Shown here piece by piece: positions 6,828-15,838 of a stretch of 29,449 nucleotides of DNA. Below the pieces are notes generated by a model. That model was given only the letters and a program-made list of their open reading frames with translations. It was not told where the DNA came from and did no database searches. Location of the stretch: the NCBI GenBank assembly GCA_964422525.1, contig CAYRAU010000001.1:1-29449 (forward strand), read 5' to 3'. Numbering within the stretch: the first letter of the stretch is position 1; each line of letters opens with the position of its first letter. Source of the stretch: Candidatus Woesearchaeota archaeon. GTDB taxonomy: Archaea > Nanobdellota > Nanobdellia > SCGC-AAA011-G17 > CAYRAU01. Position numbers and translations under genes: made by a program.

Positions 6828-7421
6828 TTATTGATTTGAAACCATATGCCTATATTTATTTTCAAGCAATTTTAAAACTAATGTTTTATTTCTTGATGCT
6901 GAAGAAAAAGTATAACCTCTATGTTGTTCCAAAGCTTCTGCTAGTGCCGCTATTTTTGTATTAACTTTATCATCTGGCAATGTTTCATACAAGCCTTGCA
7001 ATGTGTAAACTGGACATCTTCTTACATATGTAATATCACAATATCTTCTTTCTAATTCCAAATCTAATGGATGTTCAAAGAAAACCCCTTCTTTTATCAC
7101 AGTTATATACTCTAAACTTCTACTATTACCTAACACTAATTCATCATCAAAATGGACATGCGCATCTTCTAATGGATATAACTCTCTTAAATCAACTACC
7201 CCTCGGCATATATGAAGGCCTTGCATATGTTTCCTATTTAATTTGCTATCTTCTGTTACGTGGAAATCGCCTGCATAAAGCTTTTCTGCTCTTGCAACAA
7301 CTTCTGCCATATATCTTAATTCCCAAGTATTTTTAAAAGGACCTTGCCAACCAGACAAAGTTATTGTTAAGTTAAATAATGGTCTCGCAAGCTTTTTCTC
7401 TTTCTTTAATAGACCTAACAT
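6828..7421 (-). CDS. Hypothetical protein (orphan-like)
   Basis: 197-aa ORF filling the gap, with its own TTATAA box at 7449-7444 and an A-rich BRE; no family recognised. Confidence 0.65.
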   Translation of the reverse strand: MLGLLKKEKKLARPLFNLTITLSGWQGPFKNTWELRYMAEVVARAEKLYAGDFHVTEDSKLNRKHMQGLHICRGVVDLRELYPLEDAHVHFDDELVLGNSRSLEYITVIKEGVFFEHPLDLELERRYCDITYVRRCPVYTLQGLYETLPDDKVNTKIAALAEALEQHRGYTFSSASRNKTLVLKLLENKYRHMVSNQ

Positions 7422-7464
7422 AAATTAATATTGATGTATATACTTATAATTTTTTCCTTTTATA

Positions 7465-8325
7465 TCAGAATTCAGGAACTAAAATATTTCCGAATACCAA
7501 GCTGATTATAACCCCAATTAATATTGCAGGCACAAACTCAATTCCGTATCTTACTAAAACGCTTTTTATGCTCGTCTTTTTTATAATGCTTATCTGCTCT
7601 TTTGTTATTCCAGGGCTTTTTTTGCTGTAAATAAGTTTGCCATTTGCCCTGATATTATTGACAATCCAATCTCCTTCTGTCAGTTTTCCAATTGGAATGA
7701 CTCTTTGCATGTAAACTTTCTCGACGAATTTAACCAGGATAAATAGATTCTGCACCAGCAATACAAGAACAACTGCTATTAAAACTGCCAGTTTTGCGAA
7801 TTTGCTTTCTATTAAAAATGACAAGGCTATTAATATTATTCCTGCAATCAAGATTTTTTTGTTGTAGTAACTGCTAATTTTTGCATTTCTGATTTCTTTT
7901 CTTTTAATTAATGCTATGATAATTATGTAAATCACGCCATAAACTGCGCCGAAAAATAATATGTTGATAAGCAAAGTAAGCATGAAAGGTATTCGCAAGT
8001 CAGGACTGAATACATTTAATAAAAAAGACGGATAGCTTGCCAGTGTTATTCCAAGCCCCATCAATAATTTTGCATCTCCCCCGCCCCACTGCCTCAAATA
8101 ATAGAATGATGTTCCTATAACTGCAAATACAGCCAGGCTTATTAAACCAATTATTAAAAAATTAAAATCATTAAATAACAAATAATGCGTCAATCTTAAA
8201 GACAAGCCGATTAATATTAGGCTGTAACTCAGCCAGTCAGGCACTTCTTTTGTTTTAAAATCGTAGATTGTAGCAAATGTCAGCCATATCAAGCCAACTG
8301 CCAATAAAATATAATCAGTAAACAT
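7465..8325 (-). CDS. A24-family prepilin/class III signal peptidase (FlaK/PibD/EppA-like)
   Basis: Catalytic Asp motifs IYDFKTKEVPD and WGGGDAKLL, multiple TM helices, C-terminal LTEGDWIV..GIT and EFVPAILIG. Confidence 0.9.
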   Translation of the reverse strand: MFTDYILLAVGLIWLTFATIYDFKTKEVPDWLSYSLILIGLSLRLTHYLLFNDFNFLIIGLISLAVFAVIGTSFYYLRQWGGGDAKLLMGLGITLASYPSFLLNVFSPDLRIPFMLTLLINILFFGAVYGVIYIIIIALIKRKEIRNAKISSYYNKKILIAGIILIALSFLIESKFAKLAVLIAVVLVLLVQNLFILVKFVEKVYMQRVIPIGKLTEGDWIVNNIRANGKLIYSKKSPGITKEQISIIKKTSIKSVLVRYGIEFVPAILIGVIISLVFGNILVPEF

Positions 8326-8348
8326 TAATATTTACGGGATAAACAAGG

Positions 8349-8356
8349 TTTATAAG
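8349..8356. promoter_or_regulatory. TATA box probably shared by divergent peptidase and GGR genes
   Basis: TTTATAAG is 29 nt before ATG 8378; the same TTATAA core read on the minus strand is 30 nt before ATG 8325. Confidence 0.6.
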
Positions 8357-8377
8357 TTTTTTTAATAATTTAATACT

Positions 8378-9451
8378 ATGATATCTGTTATTGGCGCTGG
8401 TCCAGCTGGAAGCTATGCAGCAAGCCTTTTAGCTAAAGACTACGATGTTAATCTTTATGAAGACCATAATAAAATAGGCATTCCTTTTCAATGCACTGGA
8501 ATATTAACAAGTGCCATAGAAGACATAATAAAGCTGCCTAAGAGGCTGGTGCTGAACAAGCTAAGCAAAGTTAAGCTTTATTCGCCAAAAGGCGCGAGCT
8601 TTGAGATAAATCTAAAAAAGCCTGATTTGGTTATTGACAGAATAGGCTTTGATCAATACATTGCTGAATTAGCTGTTAAAAACGGAGCCAAGCTCCATTA
8701 TAATCATAGGCTTATTGGGCTGCAAGACAATAAACTAAAATTCAAAGACAAATTTGTTGAAACAGATTATATCATAGGGGCTGATGGTCCAATGTCAACT
8801 GTTGCAAAATCAGCCGGATTATTTGGAGAGAGGCGGTTTTTTCTTGGAAGGCAGTTTCAAGCAAGGCTAAAAGAGCCGATACCGAAAGATACATTTGAAG
8901 TTTATTTTGGCGCAGCTCCTGATTTTTTTGCCTGGGCTGTTCCGGAAAATGAAGAGCTGGTAAGAATTGGAATTGCAACTGTCGGAAATGTTAATGCTTG
9001 TTTTGACAAATTTATACTGCCAAGAGTAAGAGGGAGCATATGCGGATGCCAAGCTGGATTAATTCCTGTTTACAATCCTAAACTAAAAACAAGCAAAGAC
9101 AATATATTCTTGATTGGAGATGCTGCAACCCAAGTTAAGGCAAGCACTGCAGGCGGGATAATTCAGGGAATGCAGGCTGCAGGTTATGCCGATCAAGCAA
9201 TCAGGGAAAATAAAGATTATGAAAAATTATGGAGAAAGACTCTTGGAAAAGAGCTCTATCTTCATTTAATGATTAAAAAAGTTTTATACAACTTTAAAGA
9301 TGAAGAATATGAAAAATTATTGTCAATACTAAAAGATGAACTTGGCAATTTTAATAGAGACAATGCGCTAAAAGGCATAACCGCTCTTCTTTTCAGAAAA
9401 CCAAGCTTTTCTTTGTTTTTGGCAAGTAAGGCAAAATATTTATATAGGTAA
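8378..9451 (+). CDS. Geranylgeranyl reductase family FAD-dependent oxidoreductase
   Basis: GAGPAGS FAD motif, PFQCTG, DRIGFDQ, IIGADG, FAWAVP, LIGDAATQVK.TAGGI. Confidence 0.85.
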   Translation: MISVIGAGPAGSYAASLLAKDYDVNLYEDHNKIGIPFQCTGILTSAIEDIIKLPKRLVLNKLSKVKLYSPKGASFEINLKKPDLVIDRIGFDQYIAELAVKNGAKLHYNHRLIGLQDNKLKFKDKFVETDYIIGADGPMSTVAKSAGLFGERRFFLGRQFQARLKEPIPKDTFEVYFGAAPDFFAWAVPENEELVRIGIATVGNVNACFDKFILPRVRGSICGCQAGLIPVYNPKLKTSKDNIFLIGDAATQVKASTAGGIIQGMQAAGYADQAIRENKDYEKLWRKTLGKELYLHLMIKKVLYNFKDEEYEKLLSILKDELGNFNRDNALKGITALLFRKPSFSLFLASKAKYLYR

Positions 9452-9473
9452 ATCCGCCTTTTTATAGATTAAT

Positions 9474-12383
9474 ATGTGGCATTTGGTAAAAAAAGAGCAT
9501 CTATTCATATTTCTGGCAATATTTACTGCACTTGTAGTTTTTAACTCTTTTAATTTTAACTTAAATAGTTTGGTTGCTTATGATGATCAGACCTGCGTAA
9601 ATCAGGGCTATCAATGTTGCATTCAAGGCAAAAATGCGGAAAGCCAATATGATAATTCATGCGCATTAAATGAAAAATGCTATGATTCCTGCACTCAATA
9701 CTCAAGCTACGGCATAAACGCAATAACAGGACTTGGCCTTTTTGGATTCTTAAAGGAATCTTTCAATGAAGATTCCATAACTTCATCAACATTCGTAGAT
9801 TCAAATCCGGGAATAGACGCTAATGACCTCAAAGTAGACTTGATTGACACAGGCAATAACGGAGTATTGCAAGTTAACATTGATGCATCAGTTGAACTGG
9901 AAAATTCAGAATTCATATGCAGAATATTTTACGGGGATGGGCAGGAAGACAGAATTGAATATTCTCAAAGCTACAAATATCCTGCTAATTTGGACTTTTC
10001 AGGAGGCAACTTTGCTCTGTTCCATTGGTATAGCGCTGGAGGCTTGAAAAATATTGAAGTGCCTTGCAACGGCTTCAATCCAAATACAGGGGATTTTGTA
10101 TTTACAATTACAAAAACAGTTACAGTATCTGGTCAGGCGCCACCTGCTTCAGGAGACACTACACTCCCTGTAATCAGCTTGCAGTTGCAGGATGCTTATA
10201 CTGGAGCTGGCGGAAGCACAACAAATGACGGAATAATTCATGCAATATTATCTGCCAATGATCCTCAATCTGGCATTGCAACATGCCAAATAATGATTGA
10301 CAATAATAATTTCATAAGCATTCCAAGCACAACAACGGTTTATACATTTGGAAGTTCAGCTCAAAAGCTGTCAGATGGAACTCATCAGGTAGCTTACAGA
10401 TGCTTTAACGGCAATAATTTGTGGGACCAAAAAACAGCAAACATAGCTGTTTTATCAGGCAGCCCAGTAACTACTGTTACTGGCAATTACTTTAAAGATG
10501 GATTGGATGGATTAGTAAAAACTTGCAGAGCGCCTGGAAATATATGCAGCGGAACAACCAAAGACAATACAGCAGATGTTGCTTCATGCGCAAATGATTA
10601 TCAATGTGTGTTTAACGGACAATGTTACAATCCAAGAAGCTTAATTGATGTAAGCGCAAAGTTTGTTGATGATTTTGATTCAAGCACAGACAAGGAAGCT
10701 TGTGTAAGCTACTTTTTAGTCAGCCAGCAGGACGGCAGGCAGGCAGGAGCATGGGTTGATGCGGATATAGGAGACTCGGGTTCTGATGGCAGGAATTACT
10801 GTGAGGTGTTCTGGCCAAATGCAAAATGGGTTTCATCAAATGTTAAATGCGAAGCATTCCAAAGATTTGGAAATATAAGCTTAGATTACTGCGATGATAC
10901 AAGAGCCGGATTGTCTACTAATACAGTTGAAGGCGTAACTTCCAACTATTGCTGCGGTGATGACCCTAATGAGAATTATGTAACAACATCTGGAAGAAGC
11001 GCATGCTGTTCAAGCCCAGCTGCAACAGTTGACCAAAATGGCAATTGCATGGTTCCAGCCCCTCTTGGCAATGTTGAAATTATTAATGTTACTACAATAC
11101 CTGCTGACAAAGCAGTGCATTATGGCTCATTAGATGTATTTTGCAGCATTTCTTCAACTGATCAGGCAAGCTCAATAAGAAATTGTGTGCAGGCAAAGAT
11201 TGATACTAATGCATGTTCATTCACCAGGCTGTCTTCAAATAACATTGTGGAATTCAGGAACTGCAATGTAGGCGGAAATATTGGAAATGCCACTGTTACA
11301 TGCTCTGTTTCAGACTTATGCAGAACTACAAGCCTGGAAACTAAGTCTAAATCAAAAACAATTCAGATAACAGCTCCAAAGATATGCAAAGATGGCGATA
11401 CAGAAAAACTCGCTTTAATTAAAAGATTAAGTGTAATAGATGTTGATTTGGATGAAACTGATTTTAATGTTGGAGATGAATTAAGCGTAAAAGTTGAGGT
11501 TGGCAAGGATTCAAGCTTAAGAGAAAGATTGGATGTAGGAGTAAGCGCAATTATTTATGATCTGACTGTTAATAGAATAGTTAATGAGAAGAAAGTAACT
11601 GGAATAATTGACTCAAGAGCCGACTCCAATATATTTACAATTAACTTGGAAGTTTTAAACAAGGAATTTATGGACAGCGATGACTCTTATAGGTTATACA
11701 TAAAGGCATATGACTCAAAAGATGAGTCAAGCTTATGCGTAGAATCAAGCAGCATAGATTTGACAATAGACATTGATGATGATTTAGGCGGTTCAATAAG
11801 AGATGCTAACTTAAGTGTTGACAGAGATAATGATGGCTACAATGAAAACAGAGACTGCAATGATAATGATAGGCTAGTAAATCCCGGAGCATCTGAAGTC
11901 TGCAATGATAATATAGACAATAACTGCAATGGTGAAATAGATGAATTTTGTACAAGCATACCCCAACCTGCCAGTTCTGATTCTGATAATGACGGCATGG
12001 ATGATGACTGGGAAATCCAGCACTTTGGAGATTTAACCACTGCCAATGCCAATTCAGACTTTGATAAAGACGGAACAAAAGATGTAATAGAATTCTTTAA
12101 TAATACAGATCCAAAAATTTCAGGCGAAGGCAGCAATAACACTCTTTTAGTTTCAGTAATTATAGTATTATTGATGATAGTTGGAGTTGTTTTATACTTT
12201 ATAATTGGCAAGAAAAAACCAAAAGTTTTTAACTTCACAAAAGCCAAGAATACTAACGAATTAGTAAATTATATTAAAAGAACCTCGCAAAAAGGTTACT
12301 CAAAACAGCAAATAACAAAGATTTTGCTAAGCAAGGGATGGCACACAGATGAGATTGAGCATGCATTCAAAAAGACTAAATAA
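9474..12383 (+). CDS. Large (969 aa) mosaic cell-surface protein
   Basis: N-terminal hydrophobic helix, Cys-rich modules (incl. CCGDD), PKD/Ig-like segments, DxDxDG..DCND..PGA.E.C.D.IDNNCNG metal-binding motif (11820-11951), TSP3-like DSDNDGMDDDWE repeat (11979-12113), C-terminal TM and cytoplasmic helical tail. Confidence 0.85.
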   Translation: MWHLVKKEHLFIFLAIFTALVVFNSFNFNLNSLVAYDDQTCVNQGYQCCIQGKNAESQYDNSCALNEKCYDSCTQYSSYGINAITGLGLFGFLKESFNEDSITSSTFVDSNPGIDANDLKVDLIDTGNNGVLQVNIDASVELENSEFICRIFYGDGQEDRIEYSQSYKYPANLDFSGGNFALFHWYSAGGLKNIEVPCNGFNPNTGDFVFTITKTVTVSGQAPPASGDTTLPVISLQLQDAYTGAGGSTTNDGIIHAILSANDPQSGIATCQIMIDNNNFISIPSTTTVYTFGSSAQKLSDGTHQVAYRCFNGNNLWDQKTANIAVLSGSPVTTVTGNYFKDGLDGLVKTCRAPGNICSGTTKDNTADVASCANDYQCVFNGQCYNPRSLIDVSAKFVDDFDSSTDKEACVSYFLVSQQDGRQAGAWVDADIGDSGSDGRNYCEVFWPNAKWVSSNVKCEAFQRFGNISLDYCDDTRAGLSTNTVEGVTSNYCCGDDPNENYVTTSGRSACCSSPAATVDQNGNCMVPAPLGNVEIINVTTIPADKAVHYGSLDVFCSISSTDQASSIRNCVQAKIDTNACSFTRLSSNNIVEFRNCNVGGNIGNATVTCSVSDLCRTTSLETKSKSKTIQITAPKICKDGDTEKLALIKRLSVIDVDLDETDFNVGDELSVKVEVGKDSSLRERLDVGVSAIIYDLTVNRIVNEKKVTGIIDSRADSNIFTINLEVLNKEFMDSDDSYRLYIKAYDSKDESSLCVESSSIDLTIDIDDDLGGSIRDANLSVDRDNDGYNENRDCNDNDRLVNPGASEVCNDNIDNNCNGEIDEFCTSIPQPASSDSDNDGMDDDWEIQHFGDLTTANANSDFDKDGTKDVIEFFNNTDPKISGEGSNNTLLVSVIIVLLMIVGVVLYFIIGKKKPKVFNFTKAKNTNELVNYIKRTSQKGYSKQQITKILLSKGWHTDEIEHAFKKTK

Positions 12384-13563
12384 GAAAGGGGCTAGCGGAC
12401 CGCCAAGCGCAGGGCCTGTAGCAGTTTTAATATTTATTATAGCATTATTCATGGCAATTTACATATTATTATTGCCTCAGGATGACAGGGATCAGTTGCT
12501 AAACCAAAATCTTACAGATGACAATGATGTTGCTGAAAGATTTGGCGAAAGCTTGTTTTTGCTAGAGCCTAAAACAACCGGAATTATCAAGCCTTTTTCA
12601 AGCGATAAAGAAGTTCATGACATAGATTCTGTTAACCTTTTTATTAAAGAAGAGCCTGAAGTTGAATTGCTTGCAAATTCATTGTTTGTAACAAGGACAA
12701 TATTCAGCGACAATTCGAAGAAATTAAGCTTCAGGTCAGATGACTTGGAATTATTGGATAAGGTTACTTTATTTTTTAATGTCTTTGAAAGTGAAGGCAG
12801 ACTTATAATATTGGTTAATAACGTTGAAATATTCAATGAGCCTGCCAGCGGCCAGCAGAGCGTTACAATTCCATTAATATCCTTGGAAAGACTTAATGTT
12901 ATAGAATTTAAGGCATCATCACCTGGCGCAGCAATATGGAGCTCAAATAAATATAGATTATCCGACATCAGGCTAAAGCAGAACTTCAAGCTTGAAAATA
13001 CAAAAGAATCAAGAACATTTGTTTTGACAGAGGCTGAAGCAAAAGAGAATGCAAAACTATCATTTGAAGTTTACTGCAATAATCCATCAACTTCAAGAGC
13101 AAGCAGATTGAAGATTTTAATTAATAACAAGCAGATTGAAGAAGAGGTTATAGAATGCACTTCTGTCACAAAAAATATTGATGTTGACAGCGAAGACCTG
13201 ACTGAAGGAAAGAATATTCTGATGTTTGAAGTGACAAAAGGGGATTTGTTAATAAATAACATAGAACTGGAGACAAAAGTCAAGGAAGGCGGGGCATTAA
13301 AGTATGACTTCACAGTTACTGAAGAAGATTTTGATGATATACTATCGGACATTGTGGAAGCTGAAATAAGATTTGACTTTAGCAGCGAAGACAGAAAAAG
13401 AGCCACGATAGACATTAATGGCAACAAATTTACATTAGATACTAAAGATTTGTCATTCTCCAAAACAGTTTCAAGCTTTATAAGGGAAGGAAATAACTTT
13501 TTGAGAATAACGCCTTTGAACGAATTTGAAGTGGATAATCTTGAAATCAGGCTTATTGAATAA
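12361..13563 (+). CDS. Surface protein with putative class III (type IV prepilin-like) signal peptide
   Basis: MHSKRLNKKG|ASG..AVLIFIIALFMAIYILLLP N-terminus, three related beta-rich modules; overlaps the upstream gene by 23 nt. Confidence 0.7.
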   Translation: MHSKRLNKKGASGPPSAGPVAVLIFIIALFMAIYILLLPQDDRDQLLNQNLTDDNDVAERFGESLFLLEPKTTGIIKPFSSDKEVHDIDSVNLFIKEEPEVELLANSLFVTRTIFSDNSKKLSFRSDDLELLDKVTLFFNVFESEGRLIILVNNVEIFNEPASGQQSVTIPLISLERLNVIEFKASSPGAAIWSSNKYRLSDIRLKQNFKLENTKESRTFVLTEAEAKENAKLSFEVYCNNPSTSRASRLKILINNKQIEEEVIECTSVTKNIDVDSEDLTEGKNILMFEVTKGDLLINNIELETKVKEGGALKYDFTVTEEDFDDILSDIVEAEIRFDFSSEDRKRATIDINGNKFTLDTKDLSFSKTVSSFIREGNNFLRITPLNEFEVDNLEIRLIE

Positions 13564-13581
13564 AAAGAGGTTTTGTATTAA

Positions 13582-14904
13582 ATGCCCGTTGTAGAATATA
13601 TAAAGGATAAAGGTACATTTAGCGAAGGTTTCAAGTCTTTAATGAGGCCTTTTGGCTGGCTTCTTAAAGCTTTAATCTGGATTGCTGGATTTTTGGCTGC
13701 GGCTTATATCATATTTTTTCTTTATAATTACTTCACGCAAGGAACAGCCCAGGCTCAACTTGGAGATATACAAGCTGAAGCGCAATCAAGGGGATTCTTT
13801 GATGTTGCAAAAGACACATTAAGCTTTTTCGTTGAACTGCCTCAAAATCCTGGACAAGCTCTTGCGCGTGGGACACCATTTACACAGCATATTGAAGAAA
13901 AGCCAGGAGTTAAAGTAGGGGTTAATATAGAAGAATTCAAAAAAACAAGAGATATATACGAGCCGGGCTCTGAAATTTCAGCCAGAGGGGAGATAAGCAA
14001 AATAATAACTGAGTCTGTTGACTTTGACCAGGAAATTGACGTTTCTATTGAATGTAAGGTCGATGATGATAAAGGCCCTGTTATTACAGAATTAAGCGAA
14101 CGTTTGGATCAAACAATAACACCAAATCAAGCGCAGAAATACACGCTACCTATCGGCTCAACAAGATTAGGTGTTAACTGCATATTGCCTAAAGGAAATG
14201 ATTTTGCAGTATTGGATGAAGGCAAAACAGAGCAATCAAGGCAATTATACCTTTCTGTTGACTTTCCATTTACCAGCGACACAAGATTTAACATATATTT
14301 CATTGATCCTGAAAGCAAGCTTGAAGCAGACCAAGCCAGATTAAATCCTTTTGAGCAGCAGAGAATTAATGATCCATATCTTGATGTAAACAACCAATTT
14401 GTCAGAATTCCTCAATTTAATTATCCGATGGCTATTGGCGGCAAGTTATTGAATTTGCCATGGGAATTGGGCAAAACTTATTTCACTGAACTGGAATTCA
14501 GTTACGGAAAACGTACTGAATGGGTTGGCCATATCGCAAAGCTTGATGACCTGTTTATAGTTCTTCCTTATAACCTAGAGATTATACCTGGAAGCAGCGA
14601 TTTTATTCCAACAGATGACATTAGGGCTTTGCCTGAAAATTCTTTTGGAGATCTAAAAGCTTACAGACTAAAGCAGGAAAAGATTGATGAGTTCAATAAT
14701 ATCTGTGGGGAAAACACAAGAGATGAGGAATGCAGGAGCAAATATTCAAACATAGATGTTTTTTACAAGATATCATTTAGAGTAACAGACATTCCGGAAT
14801 CGGGAGGAATATCTGTCTTAGAGGGCGGAGCAAGGGCTTATTACACATTTAGAACATTAAAGTCAACATCAATAAGAATACGGGATTTTGAAAACACAGT
14901 TTAA
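13582..14904 (+). CDS. N-terminally anchored extracellular beta-rich hypothetical protein
   Basis: One TM helix near the N-terminus (GWLLKALIWIAGFLAAAYIIFFLY), paired Cys, SD-like GAGG at 13567. Confidence 0.75.
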   Translation: MPVVEYIKDKGTFSEGFKSLMRPFGWLLKALIWIAGFLAAAYIIFFLYNYFTQGTAQAQLGDIQAEAQSRGFFDVAKDTLSFFVELPQNPGQALARGTPFTQHIEEKPGVKVGVNIEEFKKTRDIYEPGSEISARGEISKIITESVDFDQEIDVSIECKVDDDKGPVITELSERLDQTITPNQAQKYTLPIGSTRLGVNCILPKGNDFAVLDEGKTEQSRQLYLSVDFPFTSDTRFNIYFIDPESKLEADQARLNPFEQQRINDPYLDVNNQFVRIPQFNYPMAIGGKLLNLPWELGKTYFTELEFSYGKRTEWVGHIAKLDDLFIVLPYNLEIIPGSSDFIPTDDIRALPENSFGDLKAYRLKQEKIDEFNNICGENTRDEECRSKYSNIDVFYKISFRVTDIPESGGISVLEGGARAYYTFRTLKSTSIRIRDFENTV

Positions 14905-14905
14905 C

Positions 14906-15826
14906 ATGAAAGCTAATAAAGTAATATTTTCATTATTGATTATTTCAGTAGTTTTTATTGCGGCATGCGGTTTAGAAGAAAATAATATCTTGCCTAAAAA
15001 TAATGAAGTTGATATAGTCTTTAAAAATATAAGGAATGAAGTGCCATTAAGCAGGGATTTTCTTGGGCCTGAAATAATAAGACTTCAAGTAGACATTGCA
15101 AATAACGGCGAATTTGATGTTAACAATGGAGTCATTTATTTTACAGATACTCATGCGGGCATAGGCGGAATATCAAATGATTTACCGTACCAATTTTCAA
15201 TAGCTTCTTCTTTTTCAAACGGCAAGAGAATAAGCCCATCGATCTTATCAGACCAAACAATAGAAGAATTATACTATGAATTTCCAAGTTTGGATGCAGG
15301 ATCCCAAGCTTTATTGACTATAAGCGCAAAGCCTGTCTATGAAGTTGCCTTGAATGATATATTTATTGAGGGCATATGCATTCAGAGCTTAAACTCTAAA
15401 GAGTGCAATGACAGAGAAACTTATTCTTCAAGCAAAATAAAAAACAGCAGAGCTCCTTTAATGATTGACAAAATAGAAAAGATAAATGTGCCAGGTGATA
15501 GCGAGGCAAGAGTTAACTTTAATTTTTATCTTAAAAAGCCAGACAGGAAAGGTTTTGTGGTAAATGATTTAAGCGCAGCTGCAGACAGCAACTTCGGCTT
15601 TGTCAATTTTATTGCGGAATTAGACGGCAACCCATTGACATGCTCTGGATTGAATTATTTCGGAAGCCAGCTTAGCTGGGACAAGTCAAAGACTGACGGA
15701 GTTTTAAGATGCGAAGTTCAGGTGCCGATTGAAGAGTTTTCATACAGCATATTAACAGTTAGCATGGATTATATTTATTCCGGAGCCATTAAATCAGCTT
15801 CAGTAAAATTTATAAAGAACGTATGA
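14906..15826 (+). CDS. Putative lipoprotein, paralog of 15839-16753
   Basis: Signal peptide ending FIAA-C21; shares N.GE(F/Y)D, S.AP(L/V) and LT(V/I).(M/L)DY.Y with the next gene. ATG 14906 lies 1 nt after the previous stop. Confidence 0.75.
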   Translation: MKANKVIFSLLIISVVFIAACGLEENNILPKNNEVDIVFKNIRNEVPLSRDFLGPEIIRLQVDIANNGEFDVNNGVIYFTDTHAGIGGISNDLPYQFSIASSFSNGKRISPSILSDQTIEELYYEFPSLDAGSQALLTISAKPVYEVALNDIFIEGICIQSLNSKECNDRETYSSSKIKNSRAPLMIDKIEKINVPGDSEARVNFNFYLKKPDRKGFVVNDLSAAADSNFGFVNFIAELDGNPLTCSGLNYFGSQLSWDKSKTDGVLRCEVQVPIEEFSYSILTVSMDYIYSGAIKSASVKFIKNV

Positions 15827-15838
15827 TGATAGTTAAAT

